From Candidatus Saccharimonadota bacterium (GTDB lineage: Bacteria; Patescibacteriota; Saccharimonadia; Saccharimonadales; CAIOMD01): a stretch of 64,000 nt of DNA. The notes beneath the pieces are model-generated. The model searched no databases. It was not told the origin of the DNA and saw nothing but the letters and a program-made list of their open reading frames with translations. A program made the translations under genes and the position numbers. Of the stretch, positions 32,972 to 41,993 are shown one piece after another. How positions within the stretch are numbered: the first letter of the stretch is position 1; every line of letters starts with the position of its first letter. The stretch covers positions 150,610 to 214,609 of the forward strand of contig DALYDK010000001.1 in the NCBI GenBank assembly GCA_031973215.1. Reading direction: 5' to 3'.

Positions 32972-34348
32972 TTAGTTCTCGAATGGCACCTTAAGGGCAG
33001 TTGATTGTCTTTTATCTAAGCTCTTGAACCTTTGTCGTTCTTTGTCAAAGTACAGTTCAATATTACCCGTAGGACCGTTACGGTGTTTTTTAATTAATAT
33101 GTCCGTTATGTTTTTGCGATCAGTTTCTGGGTTGTAATAATCTTCTCTGTATATAAATGCTACTACGTCGGCATCTTGCTCTATAGAACCTGATTCACGC
33201 AAGTCAGCAAGCTGAGGTATTTGTGGGCTTCTTGACTCAACAGACCGACTAAGCTGCGAGAGAGCCACAACGGGTACGTTTAGCTCCCTAGCTATTGCTT
33301 TTAGGCCACGACTTATTTCTGATATTTCTTGTACCCTGTTGCCGTCGCCGCCGAATTTTGAACCACCACTCATAAGCTGTAGGTAGTCAACAAGAATAAG
33401 ACCAAGTTGTCTCTTGTGTTGCTCTCGCCTTGCTTTCGTTCTTAGGTCACTGACCGTTATTCCTGGTGTATCATCAATAAATATAGAAGCTTCACTTAAT
33501 GTGCCCATGGCATGACCAATTTTTTCAAAATCACTATCGGTTAAATTACCTGTTCTGATGTTCCAGGCGTCTACCCCAGATTCCATCGACAGCAGTCTGT
33601 CAACCAGCTGTTCTTTGCTCATTTCAAGGCTAAAAACAAGAACTGGTTGTTCGGCTTTAGTGGCAATATTATGGGCTAGATTCAGGCTCAGGGCAGTTTT
33701 TCCCATACTCGGCCTGGCGGCAACGATTATGAGGTCACTTCTCTGCAAACCGGCCAAGATATTATCTAAGTCTTTGAAGCCGGTTGGAACTCCTCGGATT
33801 TTCCCTTTGTCTTTATGAAGTTCATCGAGCCTTTCGAAACTCTCTGCCAAAATATCCTCAATGGATGCTATATCTTGCTTAACATGTTGCTGGCTGACCT
33901 GAAATAATCTTGACTCAGCTTCTTCTATTAGTGACTGAACAGGCAAAGTCTCGTCATAGCCCAGTCCAACCATATCCTGACTGGCATTAATTAATTTTCT
34001 TCTGAGAGCTTTTTGAGCAACTATCTCGGCATAGTTTTCTACATGAGCAGCCGTAGGTACAAAATTTGTTAGCTCCGTAAGATAGCTTGGCCCTCCCACA
34101 AAATCAAGAAAATCATCGTCTTTCAACTGGTTGGACAACGTTAGAATATCTATTGGGTTATGCTTGTTGTAAAGCTTAAGTACAGATTCATAGATTCTCT
34201 GATGACGAGGGTCGTAAAAATCATCGAGCTGAACTACATCTGCAACTCTAACTAGTGCATCACTGTCAATTAAAATAGCCCCCAGTAAAGACGACTCAGC
34301 ATCAATATTTTGGGGAGGAATCTTAGCTCCATTTTCCTTCTTTGCCAT
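32972..34348 (-). CDS. dnaB: replicative DNA helicase DnaB
   Basis: Walker A AARPSMGKT, Walker B LILVDYLQLM and an N-terminal DnaB domain. Confidence 0.9.
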   Translation of the reverse strand: MAKKENGAKIPPQNIDAESSLLGAILIDSDALVRVADVVQLDDFYDPRHQRIYESVLKLYNKHNPIDILTLSNQLKDDDFLDFVGGPSYLTELTNFVPTAAHVENYAEIVAQKALRRKLINASQDMVGLGYDETLPVQSLIEEAESRLFQVSQQHVKQDIASIEDILAESFERLDELHKDKGKIRGVPTGFKDLDNILAGLQRSDLIIVAARPSMGKTALSLNLAHNIATKAEQPVLVFSLEMSKEQLVDRLLSMESGVDAWNIRTGNLTDSDFEKIGHAMGTLSEASIFIDDTPGITVSDLRTKARREQHKRQLGLILVDYLQLMSGGSKFGGDGNRVQEISEISRGLKAIARELNVPVVALSQLSRSVESRSPQIPQLADLRESGSIEQDADVVAFIYREDYYNPETDRKNITDILIKKHRNGPTGNIELYFDKERQRFKSLDKRQSTALKVPFEN

Positions 34349-34355
34349 ATTTATT

Positions 34356-35867
34356 CTATTCTAGCACTTCGACGCTTCCAAAAATATCTTTTATGTTTGA
34401 AAAACTACTATTGTCGTTACTGTTTGAATCGTTAGTAGCCGTACTTAATGAGAAAGATTTAGTGCTAACTTCTTCTTTCCTATCTTGGCCGCCTACCATA
34501 CAAACTATCTCATAACCCGTGCATCCTCTGTTTGCTAGTTTTTCTAAAATGACCTGTTGGTTTTTAGAATCTGACATTCTTTTTTGATGAAACGGAAATG
34601 TGAATTCTAGATTAATAATTTTGTCATTAATGTTATCCGTATTAAGCTGGGACATTCTAAGTACGCTATATAAAGTATTGTGGGTGCTTCTTAAATCTTC
34701 TAGCACTTCTTTCCATAGTTCTTCCGTTAGCAAGCTATTGCCACTATAAGCATTTACTGAAGCAGCATCTTGTTTGATTTCTGTAATTTCGGGTTTCTTT
34801 CTACTGGGAGCTGGTTTGGTAATGGTTAAACTAGGCTGGTTGTCTAAGGTACTAAGCTTAGTATGCTTGGCCGAATGATGAGTTTCTTCTGAGCCATGTT
34901 GCGAATCAATCAAATAGTTCATTATGGCAATTTCAAGCGCAAGCTCAGGCCTTGGTGACTGTTCAACAAGTATTAAACTACTTAGCATTTTTGTGGCGAA
35001 TTTTTCTTTTCCAGTCTCCAAATTGCTAGCAATTAATTTTTGTCTGTATATATCTGATAGTATATTGGCAATTTGAGAGGGTGATATATTCTTTGATTCT
35101 AAGATTTCTAGTTTTTCTATGCATACTGGTAGGTTTGATTCTTCAATATTAACAACTAATTCTTGAATCTCGGCCTCGGAAGCTAGGCCAAGTACCTCGA
35201 GGGCCTCTGTTTCGCTGATGCTTTCCGACGACGAATGCCTAATTTGATCTAGCAGGCTAAGCGCATCCCTTAAGCTACCTCCAGATTGGTTGGCGATGAC
35301 TTTAAGAGCTGAATCGTCAATTGATATACCCTCTTCAGAAGAAATATTTTTTAGTAAATTTATTACTTCTGGTTGATTGGCAAGCTTGAAATTATATCTT
35401 TGAGTTCTTGAAAGTATTGTATCTGGAATTTTATGAGCATCGGTAGTGGCTAAAATGAAAATTACATGTTCGGGTGGTTCTTCGAGTGTTTTTAATAGTG
35501 CATTGAAAGCCTCGTTAGTGAGCATGTGTACTTCATCAATTATGTATACCTTGTATTTGCTTTGAACCGGAGCTATTTTAACTTTTTCTCTTAAATCTCT
35601 AATTTCGTCTATTCTTCTGTTAGATGCCGCATCTATTTCTATGATATCTATTGGCATATTATCGCTTTTGTAGTCTAAGTTATTAACTTTGTGCGCCAAT
35701 ATACGAGCAACGGTTGTTTTCCCTACGCCTCTTGGACCAGTAAATAGGTAAGCATGAGAAATCTTATTAGTTTCTAGTGCTCTATTTAGGGCTTCAATTA
35801 TGTTTTGTTGACCGACGACATCTTCAAGAGACCTTGAACGATACTTTCTGTAAAGCGCCTGTGCCAT
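34356..35867 (-). CDS. dnaX: DNA polymerase III subunit gamma/tau
   Basis: GPRGVGKTT and the N-terminal LYRKYRSRSLEDVVGQ fit a clamp-loader AAA+. Confidence 0.85.
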   Translation of the reverse strand: MAQALYRKYRSRSLEDVVGQQNIIEALNRALETNKISHAYLFTGPRGVGKTTVARILAHKVNNLDYKSDNMPIDIIEIDAASNRRIDEIRDLREKVKIAPVQSKYKVYIIDEVHMLTNEAFNALLKTLEEPPEHVIFILATTDAHKIPDTILSRTQRYNFKLANQPEVINLLKNISSEEGISIDDSALKVIANQSGGSLRDALSLLDQIRHSSSESISETEALEVLGLASEAEIQELVVNIEESNLPVCIEKLEILESKNISPSQIANILSDIYRQKLIASNLETGKEKFATKMLSSLILVEQSPRPELALEIAIMNYLIDSQHGSEETHHSAKHTKLSTLDNQPSLTITKPAPSRKKPEITEIKQDAASVNAYSGNSLLTEELWKEVLEDLRSTHNTLYSVLRMSQLNTDNINDKIINLEFTFPFHQKRMSDSKNQQVILEKLANRGCTGYEIVCMVGGQDRKEEVSTKSFSLSTATNDSNSNDNSSFSNIKDIFGSVEVLE

Positions 35868-35951
35868 TAACCTACCCTTTTTGATTTTTAACTATTAATT
35901 ACTCTAACTATTATAAACAGAAAATGTATTAAAGTCTGTTGTAGTTACTAC

Positions 35952-35990
35952 AAAAAAACCTCACCGCTTGAAAATGGTGAGGTTTGTTAG
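35952..35990 (-). terminator. rho-independent terminator downstream of ORF 36007..36516
   Basis: On the minus strand, AAACCUCACC-AUUUUCAAGC-GGUGAGGUUU is followed by UUUUUUGUAG. Confidence 0.6.
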
Positions 35991-36006
35991 TTTTCTGATA
36001 AAAAAA

Positions 36007-36516
36007 CTATAGAGCTGCTTCTATTGCCGCCCACTCTGCATCGGCATCATCTTCTGGTACATTAATACTAATTTGATCACCAGGCTTTGCCTTGAAGTAA
36101 GTAACGCTTGCAAGCAATACTCGGTAGTCTCTGTCTCCAATTTCAACAAAATAGTGGCCTTCTTTTTGAACCAACACACCTACTAGCTGCTTCCTTGGGA
36201 TAGGGCCAATTTGCTTATAGAGGAACGCGCCATCGTCACCAATAGTAAGCTTAAGAATATCTCCCTGTACTAGTTTGGATTTACTTGCATAATTAGCAGG
36301 TACAGGATAAGTTTTTCCATCACTGCCAACCATGTTTTGGCCATCGAAAACACCCTCAAGAATTTTGCCCGAAACATTTTCTCTGGCAGTCGCAGTTATT
36401 GTAGGATCTTCTCCAACTAGGCTTATTAATAGCTCTTTAGCGGCAGCTAAATTTGTCTCAGCCTCGCTAATAAGACTTCGTAACCTCTTAATTTGTTTCT
36501 CTGGTATATCGGACAT
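36007..36516 (-). CDS. hypothetical protein
   Basis: 169 aa with no motif; sits where rpoB would normally follow rplL. A candidate TTGACT-17-TAAGAT promoter lies upstream at 36577-36621. Confidence 0.4.
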   Translation of the reverse strand: MSDIPEKQIKRLRSLISEAETNLAAAKELLISLVGEDPTITATARENVSGKILEGVFDGQNMVGSDGKTYPVPANYASKSKLVQGDILKLTIGDDGAFLYKQIGPIPRKQLVGVLVQKEGHYFVEIGDRDYRVLLASVTYFKAKPGDQISINVPEDDADAEWAAIEAAL

Positions 36517-36630
36517 CGCAGCTTATCCTTCTTTGTTTTTTACTCCACTTTAATAATTACTTACAAAATATCATTAAATGATTGTCTTGTCCAATTATCT
36601 TATTCAAAAACTGTGGATAAGTCAATTGAC

Positions 36631-36663
36631 TTTTTATATCAAAAGCACCCTCAATGAATATGA
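36631..36663 (-). terminator. rho-independent terminator downstream of rplL
   Basis: On the minus strand, GGAGCACCCUCA-uauucau-UGAGGGUGCUUUUGAUAU. Confidence 0.5.
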
Positions 36664-36702
36664 GGGTGCTCCATTTTACAACAATCGATAGATTATAATC
36701 TG

Positions 36703-37083
36703 TTAGGCTAGCTCTACAGTAGCGCCAGCTTCTTCTAGGGCTTTTTTAGCTTTTTCTGCATCTTCTTTAGCAGCTTTTTCTAGAACAGGCTTTGGTGCTT
36801 CGTCTACGATAGCTTTTGCTTCGCCTAGACCAAGACCAGTGATGTCTTTAACTGCTTTAATAACTGCGACTTTTTGAGCGCCAGCGTCTTTTAGGACTAC
36901 ATCGTATTCGCTCTTTTCGTCTGCTGCTGCTGCGCCTTCGCCACCAGCAGCGGGTGCTGCTACAGCTACAGCTGCTGCAGCTGGTTCAATACCGTATTCA
37001 TCTTTTAAAATAGTGCCAAGTTCGTTGACTTCTAGAACTGTTAAGTTAACTAGTTCTTCGGCTAATTTTTTTAAATCTGCCAT
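36703..37083 (-). CDS. rplL: 50S ribosomal protein L7/L12
   Basis: Ala-rich hinge and the C-terminal domain [23 protein letters not shown]. Confidence 0.9.
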   Translation of the reverse strand: MADLKKLAEELVNLTVLEVNELGTILKDEYGIEPAAAAVAVAAPAAGGEGAAAADEKSEYDVVLKDAGAQKVAVIKAVKDITGLGLGEAKAIVDEAPKPVLEKAAKEDAEKAKKALEEAGATVELA

Positions 37084-37100
37084 TGTTTACTCCTTATTAA

Positions 37101-37622
37101 TTAAGCTTGTCGCTTTTCAATTGCTTGTAAGTACCCGTGTAAGTTGCCGCTTAGTGCGCTGATGCTCCCCTTAAGTGGCGATTGTAGGGTGTTGATAATT
37201 CCAGCAATTAGCTGGTTCTTGCTTGGCAAGTTAGCCAAGGCTTTTACTTCATCTGCCGCTATAAATACACCTTCTGCAGTAATTGCTCCCACAAATTCAA
37301 GCGCTGGTTCGGTTTTGGCATAATCGTTTAAAGATTTTGCCGGCGAAACCTCGTCTTGATCGTTAAAAGCATATAATAGTTGTTCTTTCAGAGAGTCTGT
37401 CTCAACATCTTTAAGTGTTTCCACGTTAGAAAGTGCTTGCTTGACTAATCTGTTTTTAACAACTTTAACTACTGTTCCGTTTTCTTTTGCTGCTTTTCTA
37501 AGAGCCTGAATCGATTTAACGCTCATGCCCTTATAATTTGCAACAACAGTCATTTTGGAGTCTTTTAGAAGGTCAGAAATTTCATTTATAACAGCATTCT
37601 TCTGTTCTTTGGTTAATGCCAT
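37101..37622 (-). CDS. rplJ: 50S ribosomal protein L10
   Basis: True start MALTKEQKNAV follows an AAGGAG RBS. The ORF-track N-terminal extension (37623-37700) is leader sequence containing a hairpin. Confidence 0.85.
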   Translation of the reverse strand: MALTKEQKNAVINEISDLLKDSKMTVVANYKGMSVKSIQALRKAAKENGTVVKVVKNRLVKQALSNVETLKDVETDSLKEQLLYAFNDQDEVSPAKSLNDYAKTEPALEFVGAITAEGVFIAADEVKALANLPSKNQLIAGIINTLQSPLKGSISALSGNLHGYLQAIEKRQA

Positions 37623-37963
37623 TAAATGCTCCTTGTTAATAATTATTCTATCGATTGTTAATGATCTATTACCAAAAAGTGTCCTGGAAAACCAAGACAC
37701 TCTCTAAATTACAAATTATGTAACCTCGGTGACAAATTAAGCTATTATGCAGTCACTGTCTTTGGTAAATCCATTCAATTATATCTGTTTATAACGGCCA
37801 ATGCAAATGATTTTTGTATATTTCTAATAAAGTTGTATAATATTAGTGCAAGCAATGAGTCAAATATCGTATATGGTCGCTTGATATTTGAGGAGCTAGT
37901 AGCGAAACCGAAGCACTAACTACCCTGTTTGCATTTTATATTTATTGCGACAGGGATTTTTTT

Positions 37964-38620
37964 ATGTATGAAGGTTTAGAAAGAATATCTGCCGAGACAA
38001 AGCCAGCTAATTTAGAGGAGGCTCTTCTGGTAATAGATGCTTTGCGGCAAGAAAATATTAGATTAAAACATAATGCCAAGTATGATTCCAAGACTGGCCT
38101 TTATTCTTATGGTTATTTCGAGGAGCACTGCCAGCCATATTTAGAAGAAGTGATTAATAAATATCGTTCACTTGATGAAAATTTAAAACAGTTACATTAT
38201 CTGCATCTTGTAGTTATTGCAGATTTAAATAATCTTAAACAAATAAATGAAACTATAGGCTATAAAGCAGGAGATGATGCCATAAAGAAAGTGGCTGAGT
38301 CCTTAAAAGATTCTCTAAGGTCTAATGATTTAATTATTAGAGTTAATAAAGCTGGTGACGAATTTATGGCTATTATTTCAACTAAAGCAAATGCAAATAA
38401 TATAGATTTAACTGCTTCATTAATTGCCAGCAGAATAAGAACTAATTTAATAAGCGACAGTAAAGGTTTACTTTCGGTGGCTGTAGGATATTCTGTTCTT
38501 GAAGACTCAACTGATTTTGCTAACTCAAGAATAAATGCCGAAAAATCCATGCAAGAAGATAAGATCTTGCAAAAAAGGGCTCAAGAAGAAAATGAAACTT
38601 CATTTATAAACTTTTTCTAA
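37964..38620 (+). CDS. GGDEF-domain protein (diguanylate-cyclase fold, AGDEF active-site variant), no sensor domain
   Basis: DSKTGLYSYGYF, DLNNLKQINETIGYKAGDDAI, LRSNDLIIRVNKAGDEFMAII. It aligns to the PleD-type GGDEF domain with A in place of the first G. Confidence 0.6.
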   Translation: MYEGLERISAETKPANLEEALLVIDALRQENIRLKHNAKYDSKTGLYSYGYFEEHCQPYLEEVINKYRSLDENLKQLHYLHLVVIADLNNLKQINETIGYKAGDDAIKKVAESLKDSLRSNDLIIRVNKAGDEFMAIISTKANANNIDLTASLIASRIRTNLISDSKGLLSVAVGYSVLEDSTDFANSRINAEKSMQEDKILQKRAQEENETSFINFF

Positions 38621-38758
38621 AATATTTGACAATTGTATGGCTTATGATAATAATGTTTATATGGCTATAAACAGCAACTATACAAACAAATTTAGCAGTT
38701 CACTGCTACTGATTGTGATTGGATAGTTTTGCTGGAATAGTCGAAATTTATAGAAAAT

Positions 38759-38792
38759 TAACCGGATTCCAGCAAAAAGGAATCCGGTTTTT
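38759..38792 (+). terminator. rho-independent terminator
   Basis: AACCGGATTCC-agcaaaaa-GGAATCCGGTTTTT. Confidence 0.5.
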
Positions 38793-38878
38793 CAATTTTC
38801 GACTCTGTTTTTGCACAAAACAAAAGCAGTAAGAACATTGAAAAGGCCAAACCGACAAATATCAAGGGAGTGATATCA

Positions 38879-39088
38879 TTGTCAAAAGCCGTAATTAAGA
38901 AGTTAGAGCATCTTAGGCTTACCCGCCCAAGCGCATTTACTTCTACCAGCATAGCATCACTGAAGAGAAAACTTGTAGTTAACCTGGGCATTGATTACAA
39001 TCAATTGCCCGCGTTGCTACAAGAAGCCAAACTAAAAATCGTGGAAGATCCCACGACCAGCGAGGCTAAACTGATGCAGGCTTCCTGA
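38879..39088 (+). CDS. small hypothetical protein (about 69 aa)
   Basis: AAGGGAG RBS 8 nt before the TTG at 38879 (or a GTG at 38870). TGA stop directly abuts the GC-rich inverted repeat. Confidence 0.25.
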   Translation: MSKAVIKKLEHLRLTRPSAFTSTSIASLKRKLVVNLGIDYNQLPALLQEAKLKIVEDPTTSEAKLMQAS

Positions 39089-39211
39089 CGGCCCCGAATG
39101 GGGCCCTGCCAAGTAGAGGGTTATTTGTTCCCACACCCCGGGTGCAAATAATTGAAAATAGTAGCAAAGACCTTGATACTATAACTCTGCTGAGGCAGGG
39201 CCCCACGGGGC
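39089..39211. repeat. GC-rich nested inverted-repeat element between convergent genes
   Basis: GGCCCCGAATGGGGCCCTGCC (39090-39110) and GGCAGGGCCCCACGGGGC (39194-39211) are near-perfect reverse complements flanking about 84 nt. Each arm is itself a hairpin. Confidence 0.5.
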
Positions 39212-39213
39212 TT

Positions 39214-40557
39214 TTAACTTTTTATAGTTTCGTAAAGTACTGGGAATTTGTTTGAAAAATCATTTATAAGTTCCGAAATAAATTTACTCAAATATTCACT
39301 GCCTTTTAATTTATTACCTTTTTTTAGTAATTTAATAGTGTTATTAAGATCTAAATTTAAGTAAAAATAATTTATATGTCCTAATAAAAGAGATCCGATG
39401 GGATTATTGATTTTACTGGTACTAATTATAAATGTCGACTGATCGAATATTTCTTCTAAAGAATTTGATTCGGCTTCATCGCCAACATCAACAAAACCAT
39501 ACTTGGCACTTGGTATTTCCCATTCAGCATTTAGCGTAATAATATTTGTAAGTAGCAAAAAATCATAATAACTAATTTTGCCTTCAAAATTATAGAATGG
39601 CGTTGTACCTATATTATTTCCGTCAATATTATTAACTACCGTTTCAAGCAACCTTCTTCTTTTATTTAATCCAATTAAGTCAAGCTGGGCATTATATATT
39701 TTTCCTACAAAAGCAGTAAATTCTATTTCGTTTAAAAACGTGGGTTTAATTATTTGATCATTTTTTGGATAAAATGATTCTTTAGCAATGGCTTCAACTA
39801 CTTTTTCTGTGCTGTAATTATGGGTCTTGGGCAGGTTATTATTAATTTTACTTATATTTGTTATGGTGCTCAGGGGTAGGCTAATGAATGCTCCATACGA
39901 ATTTATTCCCAGTTTAGCAATATATTTTTCTCGCAACTTGTCTAGATCTTTATTAGCCATTTTAGCTTTCGAAGCATCTTGAATGACAATGGGTAGTTCT
40001 GCATGATTGGCTCTAATCTGCAAACATTCGTATAAGTTAAGTTTTGAATGATGTGTTTTTTTCTTGGGCTTAATAATAGTTTCGACTATTTTGCTGGTAT
40101 TTTTACTTAATAGAATTTTATTATTGAGCTCTGGCAGTTTAGATAGCGTTTTTGTAATTTCTTTAACGGTATTGTTTTCGCTAGTAATTACACATAAGTC
40201 AACTTGTGGCAGACTATAGCTAACAAATTCAGAATTCATTAGCCACTGTGTGTATTTAGGTATTTCGTCTGTATTTTTTAGATTTTTTGCTTCTCTTAAT
40301 ATTGTATCAATAATCTGCCCCTGCACTAAAAGTACATTATTAGCACCTACATACTTGTTTAATTGATTTAAATATTTATATCTTGAATGCGTATCGTAGC
40401 TTGCGTTAATATAGGGATTTTTTGAATTTTTAGGAGCTGTGCCTAGCTTTATGACTAATGCATCTACTTTATATTTTCTCTTTATTAGCTGTTTTTTTAT
40501 ATCTTCAATAAGTTTGTCGGTTTGCTTTTTACTGTCGGCGTATATAGAAACTATCAT
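39214..40557 (-). CDS. hypothetical protein (448 aa from MIVSIYADSKK; ORF track extends to 40599)
   Basis: No P-loop and no recognised domain. Starting at 40557 avoids a 40-nt overlap with tmk. Confidence 0.4.
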   Translation of the reverse strand: MIVSIYADSKKQTDKLIEDIKKQLIKRKYKVDALVIKLGTAPKNSKNPYINASYDTHSRYKYLNQLNKYVGANNVLLVQGQIIDTILREAKNLKNTDEIPKYTQWLMNSEFVSYSLPQVDLCVITSENNTVKEITKTLSKLPELNNKILLSKNTSKIVETIIKPKKKTHHSKLNLYECLQIRANHAELPIVIQDASKAKMANKDLDKLREKYIAKLGINSYGAFISLPLSTITNISKINNNLPKTHNYSTEKVVEAIAKESFYPKNDQIIKPTFLNEIEFTAFVGKIYNAQLDLIGLNKRRRLLETVVNNIDGNNIGTTPFYNFEGKISYYDFLLLTNIITLNAEWEIPSAKYGFVDVGDEAESNSLEEIFDQSTFIISTSKINNPIGSLLLGHINYFYLNLDLNNTIKLLKKGNKLKGSEYLSKFISELINDFSNKFPVLYETIKS

Positions 40558-40559
40558 AG

Positions 40560-41204
40560 CTAATATTTGATTCGTATGTTCTTTTTGATCACATCCCAAA
40601 TTTTGCCGTGCACTTCTTCAACAGATAAGCCATCTATTTCCAGGGCCATGGCTCCAACTCTTTGGGCAATTAATCTATAGCTTTCGTCAACTGTTAACTT
40701 ATTAATACTGTCATTTTTTTCAAAATAGTCATTCTCTTCATCGTTATTTCTATTAGCCATTCTTTTTACTATTTCATCATGGCTACTATGAGTTAAAACG
40801 AAGGACAAATTGGGAGTAGCATATTCATTTGAAACGTATTCTTTAGTAAATGATTCGATAAAATCGAGGTCAAGACCTTCCCCATATCCTTGATATGCTA
40901 ACATAGAGTACCAATTCCTAGCAGAAACAACCCATTTACCACTGTCTATAGACGGTTTAATTACTTCGTTCCATAGTTCAATTCGCCCCGCAGTTACCAG
41001 CATTACATTTGTCATTGGCAATCTTGGCAAATCACCATTCTTAACTATTCTACGAATTTCATTACCAATTATTGTTGAGCCGGGCTCTTCTATAAGTAAG
41101 GTTTCTAGCCCAAATTCATTTAATTTATTGGCCAGGATTTCTGCCTGGGTAGATTTACCGGTTGCGTCCCCGCCTTCTATAACTATATATTTACCCTTTT
41201 CCAT
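40560..41204 (-). CDS. tmk: thymidylate kinase
   Basis: IVIEGGDATGKSTQ P-loop and DRY-like motif. Confidence 0.85.
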   Translation of the reverse strand: MEKGKYIVIEGGDATGKSTQAEILANKLNEFGLETLLIEEPGSTIIGNEIRRIVKNGDLPRLPMTNVMLVTAGRIELWNEVIKPSIDSGKWVVSARNWYSMLAYQGYGEGLDLDFIESFTKEYVSNEYATPNLSFVLTHSSHDEIVKRMANRNNDEENDYFEKNDSINKLTVDESYRLIAQRVGAMALEIDGLSVEEVHGKIWDVIKKNIRIKY

Positions 41205-41205
41205 A

Positions 41206-41985
41206 TTAGTCGCAATCTAAGGGTTTATATGGCATAATTTTGTCTTTGTATGCCTTTGGAAGCATATCGCTTGGTTTCCATTTTGCTATAATTTCTTCAA
41301 TATTATCTGCTGATTGATTTTGATATTTACCTGTATCTAGGCTGTACTCGCTTTCAACTCCCTCTGAATGGTAAAAAACAATTTGAGCTATTCTCATACC
41401 AACTGGTAAAAAGACAAGATGATTATTATTGTTATAAATCTCCATCGTCCATCTGTTAACATAGCCACAGTCGCCCCAGCCGGCATCTTGACAAACATTT
41501 ATTCCACTTCTGCCCACTGTACTTCTAGCTTGCATACTACTAGTTCCGTCTCTGGCAATGCCAATAAATTCATAAGTATGTCCCAGTATTCTCTCTCCCG
41601 CTTCTAGTCTAATTACTGGGTGCTCTTTTGGAATTCCACCGACTGCAGATAGGGAAATTTGGCCGAGAGATTGATAAAGAGGCCTTGCCCTATGTTGTTC
41701 AAAGTGTTTGTTTACATCAGCTTCACTAAATGGATTAAATACTGTCGATTCATCTCTGCTGTTGTTAATTCTAAAAAAATGTTCTCCCAGCCTTACGTCT
41801 ACGCTTGTAGTATTAATCTTTGTTACCACGCCCTTATTATTTTTAGTTTTGATATTGTTATTTTCGTCAATACTATCGTTACTTTTTTCACCTTCTTCTT
41901 CTTCTTCATAGTATGGATAAATAATTATCTGCTTATCTTCTATAGCCTGTTTAATTTCGGAATTACTAAATACACCCTTAGCCAT
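41206..41985 (-). CDS. dcd: dCTP deaminase family (dUTPase-like fold) with acidic/Asn-rich insertion
   Basis: SVDVRLGEHFF, ILGHTYEFIG and GWGDCGY match the dCTP deaminase/dUTPase superfamily. Confidence 0.7.
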   Translation of the reverse strand: MAKGVFSNSEIKQAIEDKQIIIYPYYEEEEEGEKSNDSIDENNNIKTKNNKGVVTKINTTSVDVRLGEHFFRINNSRDESTVFNPFSEADVNKHFEQHRARPLYQSLGQISLSAVGGIPKEHPVIRLEAGERILGHTYEFIGIARDGTSSMQARSTVGRSGINVCQDAGWGDCGYVNRWTMEIYNNNNHLVFLPVGMRIAQIVFYHSEGVESEYSLDTGKYQNQSADNIEEIIAKWKPSDMLPKAYKDKIMPYKPLDCD

Positions 41986-41993
41986 AATTTTAC

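Noticed and set aside
37623-37700. N-terminal extension of the rplJ ORF (MSWFSRTLFGNRSLTIDRIIINKEHL)
   Set aside because: The canonical L10 start MALTKEQKN has the AAGGAG RBS. The extension contains the leader hairpin/U-tract and is untranslated leader.
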